Source: an uncultured delta proteobacterium (GTDB taxonomy: Bacteria > Desulfobacterota > Binatia > UBA9968). From it: 64,000 nt of DNA. The DNA lies in NCBI GenBank assembly GCA_963745835.1, contig CAVUZH010000005.1, positions 32,001 to 96,000 of the forward strand, in the 5' to 3' direction. Below, piece by piece: positions 1-9,348 of this stretch (positions are counted from its first letter, which is position 1; each line of letters begins with the position of its first letter). The notes beneath the pieces were generated by a model. The model was not told the DNA's origin, did no database searches, and saw only the letters and a program-made list of their open reading frames with translations. The translations under genes and the position numbers were made by a program.

Positions 1-2
1 GC

Positions 3-818
3 GGGCGCGCCGGCCGCGACGTCGATATCTGCACCGGACCCGTCAGCTACAAGGGCCATGCGGCGGTCCAGACAGACATCGCGAATCTCAAAGCGGCGGT
101 CACGGGCCGCGCCCATGAGGATTTGTTTATCCCAGCGATCGCTTCTTCGTATGTCGCGGCCACGTTTGCCAACGAATACTACCGCACCCTCGAGGAGTAC
201 GAGCAGGCAGTGTCCGACGCGCTGCGCGAAGAATACCAGGCGATTGTCGATGCCGGATTTATTCTCCAGATCGACGATCCGCGCCTGGTCACCTATTATA
301 TGATGCACCCGGAGTTAACGGTCGAAGACTGCCGGCAATGGGCGGAAAAGCGTGTCGAAACGATCAACTACTCGCTCCGCGGCATCGCGCCCGAGAAGGT
401 CCGCTTTCATACCTGCTACTCGATCGATGTCGGTCCGCGGATTCACGAAATGGACTTGAAAGACATCGTCGACATCATTCTGAAAATCAATGCCGGCGCG
501 TATTCGTTCGAAGCGGCCAACCCGCGGCACGAACATGAATACCACGTCTTTGAGCGAATCAAGCTGCCCGCGGGAAAAATCCTCATACCCGGTGTGATCA
601 GCCACACCACAAATTTAGTGGAACACCCGGAATTGGTCGCTGAACGGATCGTGCGGTTCGCCAAGCTCGTCGGGCGCGAAAACGTGATCGCCGGCGCCGA
701 CTGCGGCTTTGCCGCTTCCGCCCTCAGGTTCAACGATACCCATCCGAGCGTGGCCTGGCTGAAGTTTGACGCGTTGGCGGAAGGCGCCCGATTAGCGACC
801 AAACAATTGTGGAATTGA
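3..818 (+). CDS. Cobalamin-independent methionine synthase II / epoxyalkane:CoM transferase-like Zn enzyme (5' truncated by window edge)
   Basis: Frame is open from position 3 (GRAGRDVDICTGPVSYKG...). Motifs LQIDDP, RFHTC (H-x-C), FEAANPRHEHE, PGVISH and GADCGF are typical of MetE C-terminal-domain-only proteins. Confidence 0.85.
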   Translation, partial: GRAGRDVDICTGPVSYKGHAAVQTDIANLKAAVTGRAHEDLFIPAIASSYVAATFANEYYRTLEEYEQAVSDALREEYQAIVDAGFILQIDDPRLVTYYMMHPELTVEDCRQWAEKRVETINYSLRGIAPEKVRFHTCYSIDVGPRIHEMDLKDIVDIILKINAGAYSFEAANPRHEHEYHVFERIKLPAGKILIPGVISHTTNLVEHPELVAERIVRFAKLVGRENVIAGADCGFAASALRFNDTHPSVAWLKFDALAEGARLATKQLWN

Positions 819-896
819 GCTAAAGGATCGGGCCGCAGTCAAGCCTTAGGATCGTGCTTCGACAAGTGCGGAAGCGTTAAACTCTGTCAACCGACT

Positions 897-931
897 TGGA
901 ACGTTGAACCTGGAACCTTGAACTTTGAACG
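897..931. repeat. Tandem heptamer array, 5 x T(G/T)GAACN
   Basis: TGGAACG TTGAACC TGGAACC TTGAACT TTGAACG read directly, between two convergent genes. Confidence 0.85.
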
Positions 932-944
932 CTTTCCTTTTTGG

Positions 945-1946
945 TCACCGATAGAGTGCATCGATAAATCCGGATTTGTCCAACTCTTCCAGCAAACTCA
1001 CGTCCATAAAATCCTTCGGGTTTGCCGTCTTGGCGGCGGGAATCCGCTCGCTCGCATCTTCAATGATCGTCTTAAATCCCTCGATCGACGGATAAGGCTT
1101 GGGTTTGACGGTCTCACGCAGAGCTTGGTAGGCGTCATCGATGCGCTTCTCATCTTTGGTTTGCCGGTATTTGGCGAAAGCCTTTTTGGAGATCTCGGGA
1201 TTGGTCTTCACCAGGTGGATCGCCTCGACATAGGATTTGAGAAAACGTCTCGCGAGATCGCGCTTGCGGACCAGCACCCGCTGGGTCGTGACCAGCCCAC
1301 TGCCTTGATACGCAATATTCAAATCGCGCAGATTGAGTAAAATTTTCATGCCTGCCCGCTGCGCCTCTAAATGATCTGGAGGCGAGATAAGGGCGGCGTC
1401 GATGGAACCACCGGCTAGCGCAATCAGCCGTTCCGGAGTGTCGCCCACCTGGAGCAGGGTGACGTCCCTGTTACTCAAGCCGTAGCGGGGCAGCACGTAG
1501 ATCAAACGTAAGTGCGAGGCTGAACCAAAGCGGAAAACGCCGATCCGTTTTCCTCTGAGATCTTCCATGGATTTGATATTGGGACGCGCCACCAGCCGGT
1601 CCTCGAGGATGTCTTGCACGCCGGCAATCATCACCGGATCGGCTCCTTGCAACCTGGCCGACGACATGAGGGAGCCCGTCATCTGGCCAAAATCGACTTC
1701 ACCCGCCACCAAGGTTTCGATCGCCGCGCGTGTGTAAACGATTTCTGCGCTGATGCCGTTCTTGGTTAAAAGCCCGCCGACGTCGGCGACCCACAGCACC
1801 CCCTGCGTCGGCGAAACCGCCGAGAATGCCACTCTGACTCTATCCGCGGCAAAGCCTGGCACGGCTGAAACAATCACCAGCAGAACGCTGAATCCAAGAA
1901 CCGGCAATTGTTTAATGCCGTATAGGGATCGCGGGCAGAACATCAT
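945..1946 (-). CDS. ABC-type substrate-binding protein, NMT1/THI5/SsuA family
   Basis: Signal-peptide-like N-terminus, DLRGKRIGV..GSAS motif, C-terminal DVSLLEELDKSGFIDALY. Start codon uncertain (ORF track extends to 2030). Confidence 0.85.
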   Translation of the reverse strand: MMFCPRSLYGIKQLPVLGFSVLLVIVSAVPGFAADRVRVAFSAVSPTQGVLWVADVGGLLTKNGISAEIVYTRAAIETLVAGEVDFGQMTGSLMSSARLQGADPVMIAGVQDILEDRLVARPNIKSMEDLRGKRIGVFRFGSASHLRLIYVLPRYGLSNRDVTLLQVGDTPERLIALAGGSIDAALISPPDHLEAQRAGMKILLNLRDLNIAYQGSGLVTTQRVLVRKRDLARRFLKSYVEAIHLVKTNPEISKKAFAKYRQTKDEKRIDDAYQALRETVKPKPYPSIEGFKTIIEDASERIPAAKTANPKDFMDVSLLEELDKSGFIDALYR

Positions 1947-2140
1947 GGACCCCGATAAGTTGTTGTCTATACGCCGCAGCTTCCGGAAAAACTTCCACAG
2001 CTGCGTTTCGTCGGACGATAGTAGACTCAATGAGCAGCGTCAAGCACAATCAGAATGGGGATGAAGACCCAGTGTTGCTGCAGCTAGTATAACCAAGCGT
2101 ATATGTCACCGAAAGACTTAATTAACATCCGTTGAAAATT

Positions 2141-2557
2141 TTAGGAGTGTTTGGCGAGAACTTCCTGGGCAATTTCCGGGAATTTCGCAAATTCGGGGTC
2201 TTTATGAATCAAGACTGCTTGTCGCGAGATTGCGGTTGCACCGATCCAGCTATCGGCAACCGATAGCCTCCCGCGCGCCTTCAGTCGCGCCGCGACTTCC
2301 AGTATCGACGGCTCACAGGTTATCCACTCGATTGTGAAGGACTCCACCAATCGTAGCGCGCCGCGCGCTGCCTCTTCTCCCTCTTCGCGGCAGATCAAAT
2401 AGAGAAGCTCCATTCGTGTCATAAAGGAGCCAAACAAGCGACATGACCGTCGCTTCGCGCGTGCAAGCAGATCCTCCACCCGGTCAGCGCCGAGCTCGTC
2501 ACTTCGCAGGGTAAGAAGCGCGGAAGTATCGAGCACGAACAGATTCTTAGGATCCAT
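2141..2557 (-). CDS. vapC: PIN-domain toxin (VapC family)
   Basis: FVLDTSAL, MEL, LSVADSWIGATA and HKDPEF acidic PIN motifs. Overlaps the 3' end of the upstream antitoxin. Confidence 0.85.
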   Translation of the reverse strand: MDPKNLFVLDTSALLTLRSDELGADRVEDLLARAKRRSCRLFGSFMTRMELLYLICREEGEEAARGALRLVESFTIEWITCEPSILEVAARLKARGRLSVADSWIGATAISRQAVLIHKDPEFAKFPEIAQEVLAKHS

Positions 2558-2780
2558 TTTCCCGCTGCCGGTCGCGCTGCCGCTCACTCAAGAGCCGCTT
2601 TACCATTCCCTTCTTGCCCGAACCGCGAAAGGCGCTGACTGGATCCGACGGCAGCGGAATGACTCTCGCCGTGTTACCTTCGACGACCCATTCCAGTGTG
2701 GTGTTAGGGCCGATTTTCAGCTTCTTTCGGACCTCCGACGGAACCGAGACTTGACCGCGTTTAGTCATTTTGGTACGCAT
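2547..2780 (-). CDS. vapB: AbrB/MazE/SpoVT-family antitoxin (VapB)
   Basis: MTKRGQVSVPSEVRKKLKIGP swapped-hairpin motif, directly upstream of the PIN gene. Confidence 0.85.
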   Translation of the reverse strand: MRTKMTKRGQVSVPSEVRKKLKIGPNTTLEWVVEGNTARVIPLPSDPVSAFRGSGKKGMVKRLLSERQRDRQRENGS

Positions 2781-2787
2781 AAGCGTA

Positions 2788-2816
2788 AATCTACAATGCA
2801 GCAGTCTTATCTGCAA
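2788..2816 (-). promoter_or_regulatory. Putative sigma70 promoter of vapBC (leaderless), with overlapping short inverted repeat
   Basis: Minus strand TTGCAG-17 nt-TAGATT-7 nt-ATG(2780), no Shine-Dalgarno. TGCAG-N9-CTGCA inverted repeat at 2797-2815. Confidence 0.45.
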
Positions 2817-3066
2817 GTCAAGAAACAGTTCATCATGCGACTGCTACTCTGTGCTTGTTAGTTATAACGCCAGATTGGTACTGCGGCAATTCGCGTCACC
2901 GCTATGCCTTACTGTTTAAGCTCCTGCGCGCGGTTCAAAAGTTCAAAGTCGGTGTGGTCTGTTGAGGATTAGTATATCGAAACTGTATGTGCGACCGGAT
3001 TTGAGGCCCGGTCACACGGCGCAAGCACACAACCAAAACCGGATGAAATGATCCGAATTCCGCGAT

Positions 3067-3942
3067 TTAGACGACGGAAATATCCAGCAAGTTTCCCTCC
3101 GGGTCGCACATTTCGTGCTTTCCATAGCGACAGCTACGAAGCAGATCCATGATCACCTGGTACTCGGATTCCACATTGGGTGGCTTTGGCGCCAGATATT
3201 CAGGGTCGTGTTTCGCCAGTAGCTCCACGTCATCTTTGAAGGCCTGCAAATCTTCGACTTCAAAACCGATGTGATCGAATCCCGGCCGCTTGTGTTCGGT
3301 GCCGAGGTAATCGGAGATTTTATAAGGCGCAAGCACCATGGTCACCGTGCCGTCGGTGAGATAAAAATTCGGATCCTCGAGGGCCTTTTCCTCTTCCTTG
3401 AACCCAAAGACCTCTACGTAAAATCCCGCCAAAGCTTCGGGGTTCATGGCTCGGATCGTGAAATGTTTGATGTGGCGAAGTCTTTTGTCTTCCGCCTCCG
3501 TGAATACGCCAACCATCTGCTTTTTCCCTGGTTCGGCGATATCGAAAATATTTCCTTCCGGATCGTGACTGCTGTAATCGACAAAGGGACGGCCCGGAGG
3601 ACGTTTGACACAACCGATGGACGGATATTTTTCCTTGATTCGGTCAAGTACGCCCCCGATGTCATCGACGGTCATGCCGAAATGATCGAGCCCGCCAGGA
3701 TAGCCGGGACGGCGCTGGTTGAACGCCACGCCGATGTTGCCGTCGCTGGCAATGACCGTACGAGCGAACGCCCCGGCAACGCGGCCGGAGTTTAATATCT
3801 TGTAACCAATCTGTTTTGCCCGCTCACGCTCCTCGGCCGGAGTGCGCACGTCTGTTCTAAAATCAAAAAGGCATTCGTAAAATTTGAACAGCCGATTCGG
3901 CATCTGACTCATAATCCCGATATGTTTGATTCTCGATGTCAC
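3067..3942 (-). CDS. VOC/glyoxalase-family protein (two tandem VOC modules)
   Basis: IKHIGI, GLDHFGM, DPEGNIFDI repeated as IKHFTI, GFDHIGF, DPEGNLLDI. AGGAGG-like RBS before GTG. Confidence 0.8.
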   Translation of the reverse strand: MTSRIKHIGIMSQMPNRLFKFYECLFDFRTDVRTPAEERERAKQIGYKILNSGRVAGAFARTVIASDGNIGVAFNQRRPGYPGGLDHFGMTVDDIGGVLDRIKEKYPSIGCVKRPPGRPFVDYSSHDPEGNIFDIAEPGKKQMVGVFTEAEDKRLRHIKHFTIRAMNPEALAGFYVEVFGFKEEEKALEDPNFYLTDGTVTMVLAPYKISDYLGTEHKRPGFDHIGFEVEDLQAFKDDVELLAKHDPEYLAPKPPNVESEYQVIMDLLRSCRYGKHEMCDPEGNLLDISVV

Positions 3943-4060
3943 GTCGAACCTCCCTTTTTTCGTTCATCAGCCGGTTTATAATTTCCTTCGTTTCCCCAAT
4001 CGAAAAGCAATCATCATGGTAATGCTTCCGTAAAGCGGTGATCATTGCATTTGTCGAGCC

Positions 4061-5074
4061 TTATTTGGTCGAGTTGAGTTTCGTTAGCGTCTTGAAGAAC
4101 CCTTCTTTCTCCAGCTCGTCGAGTATACTCTCGTCCACAAAGCGGCTCAATTTCAAGTCATCTTTAGCTCGCCGTGGTTCGCGTTGGATGATCTCAAGAA
4201 CGTCTTGTAAGCCTTTGCGCCCAACACGCGGAGGAAAAGCAAAGATCTTGTGATGTACGTCGTATGCTTCCTCAGCGAGTTTTGCGGGAATACGTAGCCA
4301 CTTTCCAATGATTGGAACAATCTTTTCTTTTAGCTCCGGCTGGGTTCTTAATATGTAGATCGATTCGCTCACCGCCTGAAAAAATCGTTTGGCGTTGTCG
4401 CGCTTCTTGGCCATGAACGAGCGGTCGGCTATGAAGACCTTCTCGGGCGATTCTTCCATAAGCTCGCTTAAATCTGCCAAAATGTTGAATCCTTTTTTAG
4501 CTGCCATAGCTGCTTCGCCGTAGGGGATGATCGTCGCATCGAGTCCTCCCTCGACCTCCATAGCCGCGAGTCTGGCCAAGCTGCCACCGGACGGTAGCAG
4601 GCTCACGGAATCCGGCGGCATGCCCCATGCCTTGAGCGCCATGAGGATGTTAAATTCATTAGCTCCACCGAAATTGACAATGCCAATTTTCTTGCCGCGC
4701 AGATCCGAGGGCGTACGGATCTCTTTGCGGGTTACAAACTTGTAGAGCGTTTTGTTGAGCAGTCCACCGGTGATCACGACATTAGCGCCGGACAAAATGG
4801 CTCGAATCGGCGCTTGAGCGCCGACGTCGGCGGAATTTACGCTCTGGCCGATTAGCGCCTGCATCAAAAGTGAACCGCCACGGATCTCGAGTAGATCAAG
4901 GTTTAAACCATACTTTTCAAAGAGCCCAAGATCTTTGGCAACGATCAAGGGAAGTTGTTGCGCGCTGGAGCCGCCGGCTCGGGCATGAATATGGCGCTCT
5001 AGCGCGAAAATAGTTGATGGAACACTTTGAATGATTAGCAGAATGGGTAAAAGCAAAGTGAAGAACGTACGCAT
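4061..5074 (-). CDS. ABC-type substrate-binding protein, NMT1/THI5/SsuA family
   Basis: Signal peptide, GLFEKYGL, DLRGKKIGI, C-terminal DESILDELEKEGFF. Confidence 0.85.
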   Translation of the reverse strand: MRTFFTLLLPILLIIQSVPSTIFALERHIHARAGGSSAQQLPLIVAKDLGLFEKYGLNLDLLEIRGGSLLMQALIGQSVNSADVGAQAPIRAILSGANVVITGGLLNKTLYKFVTRKEIRTPSDLRGKKIGIVNFGGANEFNILMALKAWGMPPDSVSLLPSGGSLARLAAMEVEGGLDATIIPYGEAAMAAKKGFNILADLSELMEESPEKVFIADRSFMAKKRDNAKRFFQAVSESIYILRTQPELKEKIVPIIGKWLRIPAKLAEEAYDVHHKIFAFPPRVGRKGLQDVLEIIQREPRRAKDDLKLSRFVDESILDELEKEGFFKTLTKLNSTK

Positions 5075-5147
5075 AGCCCCGTATAATTTGCCCGGGAACG
5101 AGTTGTTGTCAATAGCGCTCGATATTCGTAACGGCTAAGAAGCCGTT

Positions 5148-5192
5148 CGTTCCAGCCGTTCCAGCGGTTTCAGACGTTCCAACCGTTCAAGA
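5148..5192. repeat. Tandem nonamer array, 5 x NGTT(C/T)(C/A)ANN
   Basis: CGTTCCAGC CGTTCCAGC GGTTTCAGA CGTTCCAAC CGTTCAAGA. Confidence 0.85.
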
Positions 5193-5243
5193 CATGGAAA
5201 GCGGTGCAATTAACGGGTTTATATAAGGCGATGTCTATTTCCC

Positions 5244-5299
5244 AACCCTGACATAATCAAGTTGCCATTAACCCCTGACATAATCGCTTTGCTACGAGA
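5244..5299. mobile_element. Probable orphan IS terminal remnant (IS1202/ISNCY-like end with repeated transposase-binding boxes)
   Basis: CCCTGACATAATC occurs exactly twice (5246-5258, 5273-5285), followed by GCTTTGCTACGAGA. This resembles IS ends of the type TGACAT...ACA. No transposase nearby. Confidence 0.45.
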
Positions 5300-5508
5300 T
5301 GCTAGAAAGAAATAATTGTCTGGATCGCCTCGCCTGTGCTAGTTATGCGCTACATGAGCCTGCTTAGCCGTGATCTGCATAGCAGATCGCCCGGCTCGAA
5401 GTTAAGCAAATTCAGAATGTTGAGTATTAGCTGATCTTAGTGGGATTATCGGGGAAGGCGCGTACACGTTGGCGATTAATTCAATCGTTGCCTGAATAGG
5501 AGTGCGCG

Positions 5509-7206
5509 ATGTCTCATACTACTTTTACTAATTTCTCCCGAATGAGTTTTCTGGCGGTGCTCTTCTGCTTCCTTCTCGCGCCGGCAGTTTGGGCGCAAAC
5601 TCGACCGACCGCCATTGTCGGCGGCACCTTGATCGATGGTACGGGCCGGGACGCCGTCGAAGACGCAGTGATCGTCTTTCAAAATGGCCGAATTCAGGAG
5701 GTCGGCAAGAGAGGAGAGGTCGCTGTTCCGGCCAAGGCTCAGACAATTGACGCCAAGGGCAAGACAATCCTGCCGGGACTGATTGATGGACACTGCCATT
5801 ATTGGGAATGGATCGGCGAGCTTCACCTCGCTTATGGCGTGACCACCTGCCCCGACATCAATAACAGCCCGACAGAATGGATCATCGCGCAAAAGGAAGG
5901 CATTCAGAAGGGAAAGATTCGCGGGCCGCGTCTGTGGATTTCGGGCCATGCGCTCGATGGACCGCGGCCGCAGGGCATGCCGGAGCAACGTTGGCAGCGC
6001 GGCAGCATTATCATCCGCACCGAAGATGAGGCGCGCAAAGCCGTCCAGGAACATGTCAATAAAGGCATGGACGGCTTTAAGTTTCTTGAGCGTATCGCTC
6101 CCAATGTCGCCAAAGCCGCTGCCGAGGAAGCGCGCCGGTTAGGCAAGCCCGTGATCGGCCATTCGGTAAACATGTTTGACGCCATCGACGCCGGCTATAC
6201 GTCGATCGAGCATTCGTGGGCGGTGATGTTCACAACCATTCGCGATGAAAAGAAACGTTCCGACGTCGATATGGCGCGTATGACCGGCAAGGTCGGCACG
6301 GTGGAGGCGCATATCAATATGGAGCCCGATCAGTTCGATCAAATCATCAAGGCCATGTTCGAAAAAGACGTACACTGGAGTCCTGCATGGGGCACGCAGT
6401 TTCGCGCACTCTCACCGAGAGCCGCGGAGATGAAGAGGCGTGAGCTCGCAGTGCTGAAGAATCCGCGGCTGAGTTATCTTCCGGCGTACAACGTCGAGTC
6501 CGTAGAAGGCTACTTTGCCGGTTTTGAAAAGATGCCGCCAGAAAAACTCGATCAACTTACCGCGGCTTATAAGATGGTGCAGGATTTCGCGCGCCGCTAC
6601 GTCGCGGCCGGCGGCAAAATTCATTCGGGCTCTGATCCTGGAAGTTTATTGCCCGCCTACGGCCTGCACGCGGAGCTCGAACTCATGATCGATGCCGGCT
6701 TCAGTCCGTTGGTGGCGATTCAATCCGCCAGTTTGAATGTCGCGCAGGCCTGGGGCAAGGAAAGAGACTACGGCAGCGTGGAAAAAGGCAAAGTCGCCGA
6801 TCTTGTCATCGTCCGAGGCAATGTGTCGAACGATATTTCAGCCACTCAGAACGTTGAAACGGTGTTCATGGATGGAAAATCTGTGGATACGTCATTTCAC
6901 ACGAACTATCGCAATCCGATTCCGCGTCCGTTATCGGACCGTTTTGTTACGAACATTACGCAACTTTCTCCAGCCGGCGTTGTCGAGGGCGCAGAGGCCC
7001 AGGTTAAAGTGACCGGCGCTAACTTTCGTCCGTCTCATCAGGTGTTGTTGAACGGCAAGAAGATTCACAGCCGATTTCTTAACGGTAGGGAGTTGGAAAT
7101 TCAAATACCAGCGACAAACCCCGGCACCCACAAGATTACGGTAATCGATCCCGGTGTGGCTGCCTCGGAGTCGAATGCCGCCTATTTGGTCGTCGGCTTC
7201 AAATAG
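5509..7206 (+). CDS. Secreted amidohydrolase-family protein with C-terminal IPT/TIG (Ig-like) domain
   Basis: Signal peptide (AVWA/QT), IDAKGKTILPGLIDGHCH, IGHS, SIEHS, SGSD, GSVEKGKVADLV. The last ~90 aa (ITQLSP...VTGANF...PGTHKITVIDP...ESN) look like IPT/TIG. Confidence 0.85.
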   Translation: MSHTTFTNFSRMSFLAVLFCFLLAPAVWAQTRPTAIVGGTLIDGTGRDAVEDAVIVFQNGRIQEVGKRGEVAVPAKAQTIDAKGKTILPGLIDGHCHYWEWIGELHLAYGVTTCPDINNSPTEWIIAQKEGIQKGKIRGPRLWISGHALDGPRPQGMPEQRWQRGSIIIRTEDEARKAVQEHVNKGMDGFKFLERIAPNVAKAAAEEARRLGKPVIGHSVNMFDAIDAGYTSIEHSWAVMFTTIRDEKKRSDVDMARMTGKVGTVEAHINMEPDQFDQIIKAMFEKDVHWSPAWGTQFRALSPRAAEMKRRELAVLKNPRLSYLPAYNVESVEGYFAGFEKMPPEKLDQLTAAYKMVQDFARRYVAAGGKIHSGSDPGSLLPAYGLHAELELMIDAGFSPLVAIQSASLNVAQAWGKERDYGSVEKGKVADLVIVRGNVSNDISATQNVETVFMDGKSVDTSFHTNYRNPIPRPLSDRFVTNITQLSPAGVVEGAEAQVKVTGANFRPSHQVLLNGKKIHSRFLNGRELEIQIPATNPGTHKITVIDPGVAASESNAAYLVVGFK

Positions 7207-7539
7207 AAAGTAACCTAATCAAGCCTCGCCAGTTCTGACTTGTGAATGTCATGATAAACTGATGATTTTGGTCACGACGCGCGGTAGGCAACGGCAACAA
7301 TTCGGAATCGATTTGATGACAGTCTGACTTGTGTAAAGTGTGAAAAACGAGCTTGGGACCAAAAGCTCACATCGCGATATGATAAAAGCTAATGCCAGCT
7401 ATGCACCGCGCACTCGAGCCGGACGTTAGGCGGGCGATTTCAGCGGCAGAACTGACGCTGTAAGCTAAGAAAGCACTTTGTACTCGAATGAAACTGTTGA
7501 CTGGATACTGCTCGATCCAACCCGTGGTGCTCAATGTGT

Positions 7540-8847
7540 TCATCGCGTGTCCGAATTAGATCCGCACAGGTCGAGTGCAGCGAGCGCATACACTTTCGCT
7601 GCTTTGACAAGGTTTTCTATGCTAAGCACTTCACTTTGCTGTTGGCTGGGATCGTACACAGTAAATGAACCGGCCGCGGACACACCACCGGGTCCGTAGG
7701 TTAACCCCTTGATCCCATACTCGAACATCGGGCCGGCGTCGCTGGAAACAGCATACCGACTAGGCGCTGCGTACGGTATTGGCTCCCCATACACCGCGTG
7801 GTGGGCTCGTTCCATCGCCATGACGACCGCGCTCTCGCGCTCGAGCTCGTAGCCGTTTCCCATCAAGTAAAAGTGGACCTCGGCCCGGAGATCCGGGTCG
7901 TCGGCTTTTAGATCCGCGATGACCGCTTCAATCTCGCGTTTGGTTTCGATGAAGCTCTGACCCGGAACCAAACGCACATCGACGTAGAGGTTGCAGAAAG
8001 GCGCAGGACATTTGGATGGTTTGTAAGGGTATCCTCCTTGGATGGCGCCGATACCTATGCGCGGCTCCATGAACGCGTGCGGATGTCGTCTCTGGTAGAT
8101 CGGCTCCCATGCTTTGAGGGCTGCGATCACTCGCGTCATTTTCTCGATGGGGTCGATGCCGAACTCTTTGCACCAAGTGTGCTGGGACTTGCCGTAAACG
8201 GTAACTTTGGCGAAGCAGTAACCGGTCTCGCCGATCTGGAGACGCATTCCGGTAGGTTCGCCGATGATCGCGAAGTCAGCGGTTACCCCATGAGTGACCA
8301 TATAACGGGATCCGGACTTGCCGCCGCGGAACTCTCCACCCCTATACTGGTCAACGGGCGCTTTTTCCGTCTCGCCAACCACCCCCGTAACAAGGACATC
8401 ACCCGTTAGTTCCACGCCCGCCCGTTGAAGCGCCCGAATAGCGGTCCAGTAGGCGGCAAACGCTCCCTTCATGTTGGAAGCACCGACTCCGCTGATCCAG
8501 CCGTTCGTGACTGCGGCGCGAATCTGCCCGCCGCCAAAGTCTTCCGAGCTATAATCTCCACCCCATGCCTCCGCTTCACGTCCGGTGGTACTAGTATCGA
8601 AGTGACCGCTGAACAGGAGCGTCGGGTTTCCTTTTTTGCCAGGCAAGCGGCCGATCACATTGTTCCGCCCTGGTTCGACTTCCTGCAGTTGCACGCGCAT
8701 ACCAATTTCCTTCAATCGTCCCGCGAGATAGTCGCCAATGGCTGCTTCGCCACCGGTCGGGCTGTAAAAATTCACCAGATCAACCGTCATCGATACGAGT
8801 TCGTCCTGAGAAATTTGCCTTACAATGCGCTGCTGCAACGCGTCCAT
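7540..8847 (-). CDS. M20/ArgE/DapE-family metallopeptidase/deacylase (atypical ligands)
   Basis: SPTGGE, GRNNVIGRL, LLFSGHFDT, GASNMKG, IIGEPT, YGPG. Confidence 0.8.
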   Translation of the reverse strand: MDALQQRIVRQISQDELVSMTVDLVNFYSPTGGEAAIGDYLAGRLKEIGMRVQLQEVEPGRNNVIGRLPGKKGNPTLLFSGHFDTSTTGREAEAWGGDYSSEDFGGGQIRAAVTNGWISGVGASNMKGAFAAYWTAIRALQRAGVELTGDVLVTGVVGETEKAPVDQYRGGEFRGGKSGSRYMVTHGVTADFAIIGEPTGMRLQIGETGYCFAKVTVYGKSQHTWCKEFGIDPIEKMTRVIAALKAWEPIYQRRHPHAFMEPRIGIGAIQGGYPYKPSKCPAPFCNLYVDVRLVPGQSFIETKREIEAVIADLKADDPDLRAEVHFYLMGNGYELERESAVVMAMERAHHAVYGEPIPYAAPSRYAVSSDAGPMFEYGIKGLTYGPGGVSAAGSFTVYDPSQQQSEVLSIENLVKAAKVYALAALDLCGSNSDTR

Positions 8848-8928
8848 GCGCGCCTCCGATTGATAAGACTGATCACCTGGTCATCTGCTCGCTGATCGTC
8901 ATCGGCGTACAAAACGGCGATCCGCGCG

Positions 8929-9309
8929 CTAGTTTTTTTCCGGTATAATCGCCACGCCTTGAATCTCGACGAGCATCTCCGGGTCGGCGAGTTGAACACC
9001 GCAAATAAGCGCACTGGGTGGGCCGTGCGGAAGCCACCTGTCGCGGGCGCGTCTATGTGCTTCTCGCGCGCGCGGATCGGTGACGTAGGTTGTGAGGCTC
9101 ACGATGTTTTCCAGGGAGCTGCCTAGGCTTTCCAATGTAGCCTTCATGTTTTGATAGGTGTAATCGAATTGCTCCGACACCGTGGTGCCGCGAATCGCCT
9201 GTGTCTTAGGATCTTTGCAGTCTTCGCCGGCCAGAAAAATAAACTTGTCGCACACACATGCTTTTGAGTAAACCCGTTTGGGTTCGTGCTGGATAAACGT
9301 CGGTTGCAT
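8929..9309 (-). CDS. RidA/YjgF-family protein (Arg-less Rid subfamily)
   Basis: YSKA, FLAG, NMKATLESLGSSLENIV, LADPEMLVEI. PPSAL replaces the canonical PAR. Confidence 0.8.
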   Translation of the reverse strand: MQPTFIQHEPKRVYSKACVCDKFIFLAGEDCKDPKTQAIRGTTVSEQFDYTYQNMKATLESLGSSLENIVSLTTYVTDPRAREAHRRARDRWLPHGPPSALICGVQLADPEMLVEIQGVAIIPEKN

Positions 9310-9348
9310 CGTCTTGTTTTCTCCTCTTATGCGAAATTTATGTTTATC

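Noticed and set aside
7234-7333. 11-bp direct repeat TCTGACTTGTG (7234 and 7323)
   Set aside because: Only two copies between convergent genes; no function or family can be assigned.
7388-7431. Possible integron attC remnant (GCTAAT...GAGCCGGACGTTAGGC)
   Set aside because: Only 44 bp, no proper RYYYAAC box, poor internal complementarity, and no integrase or other attC sites.
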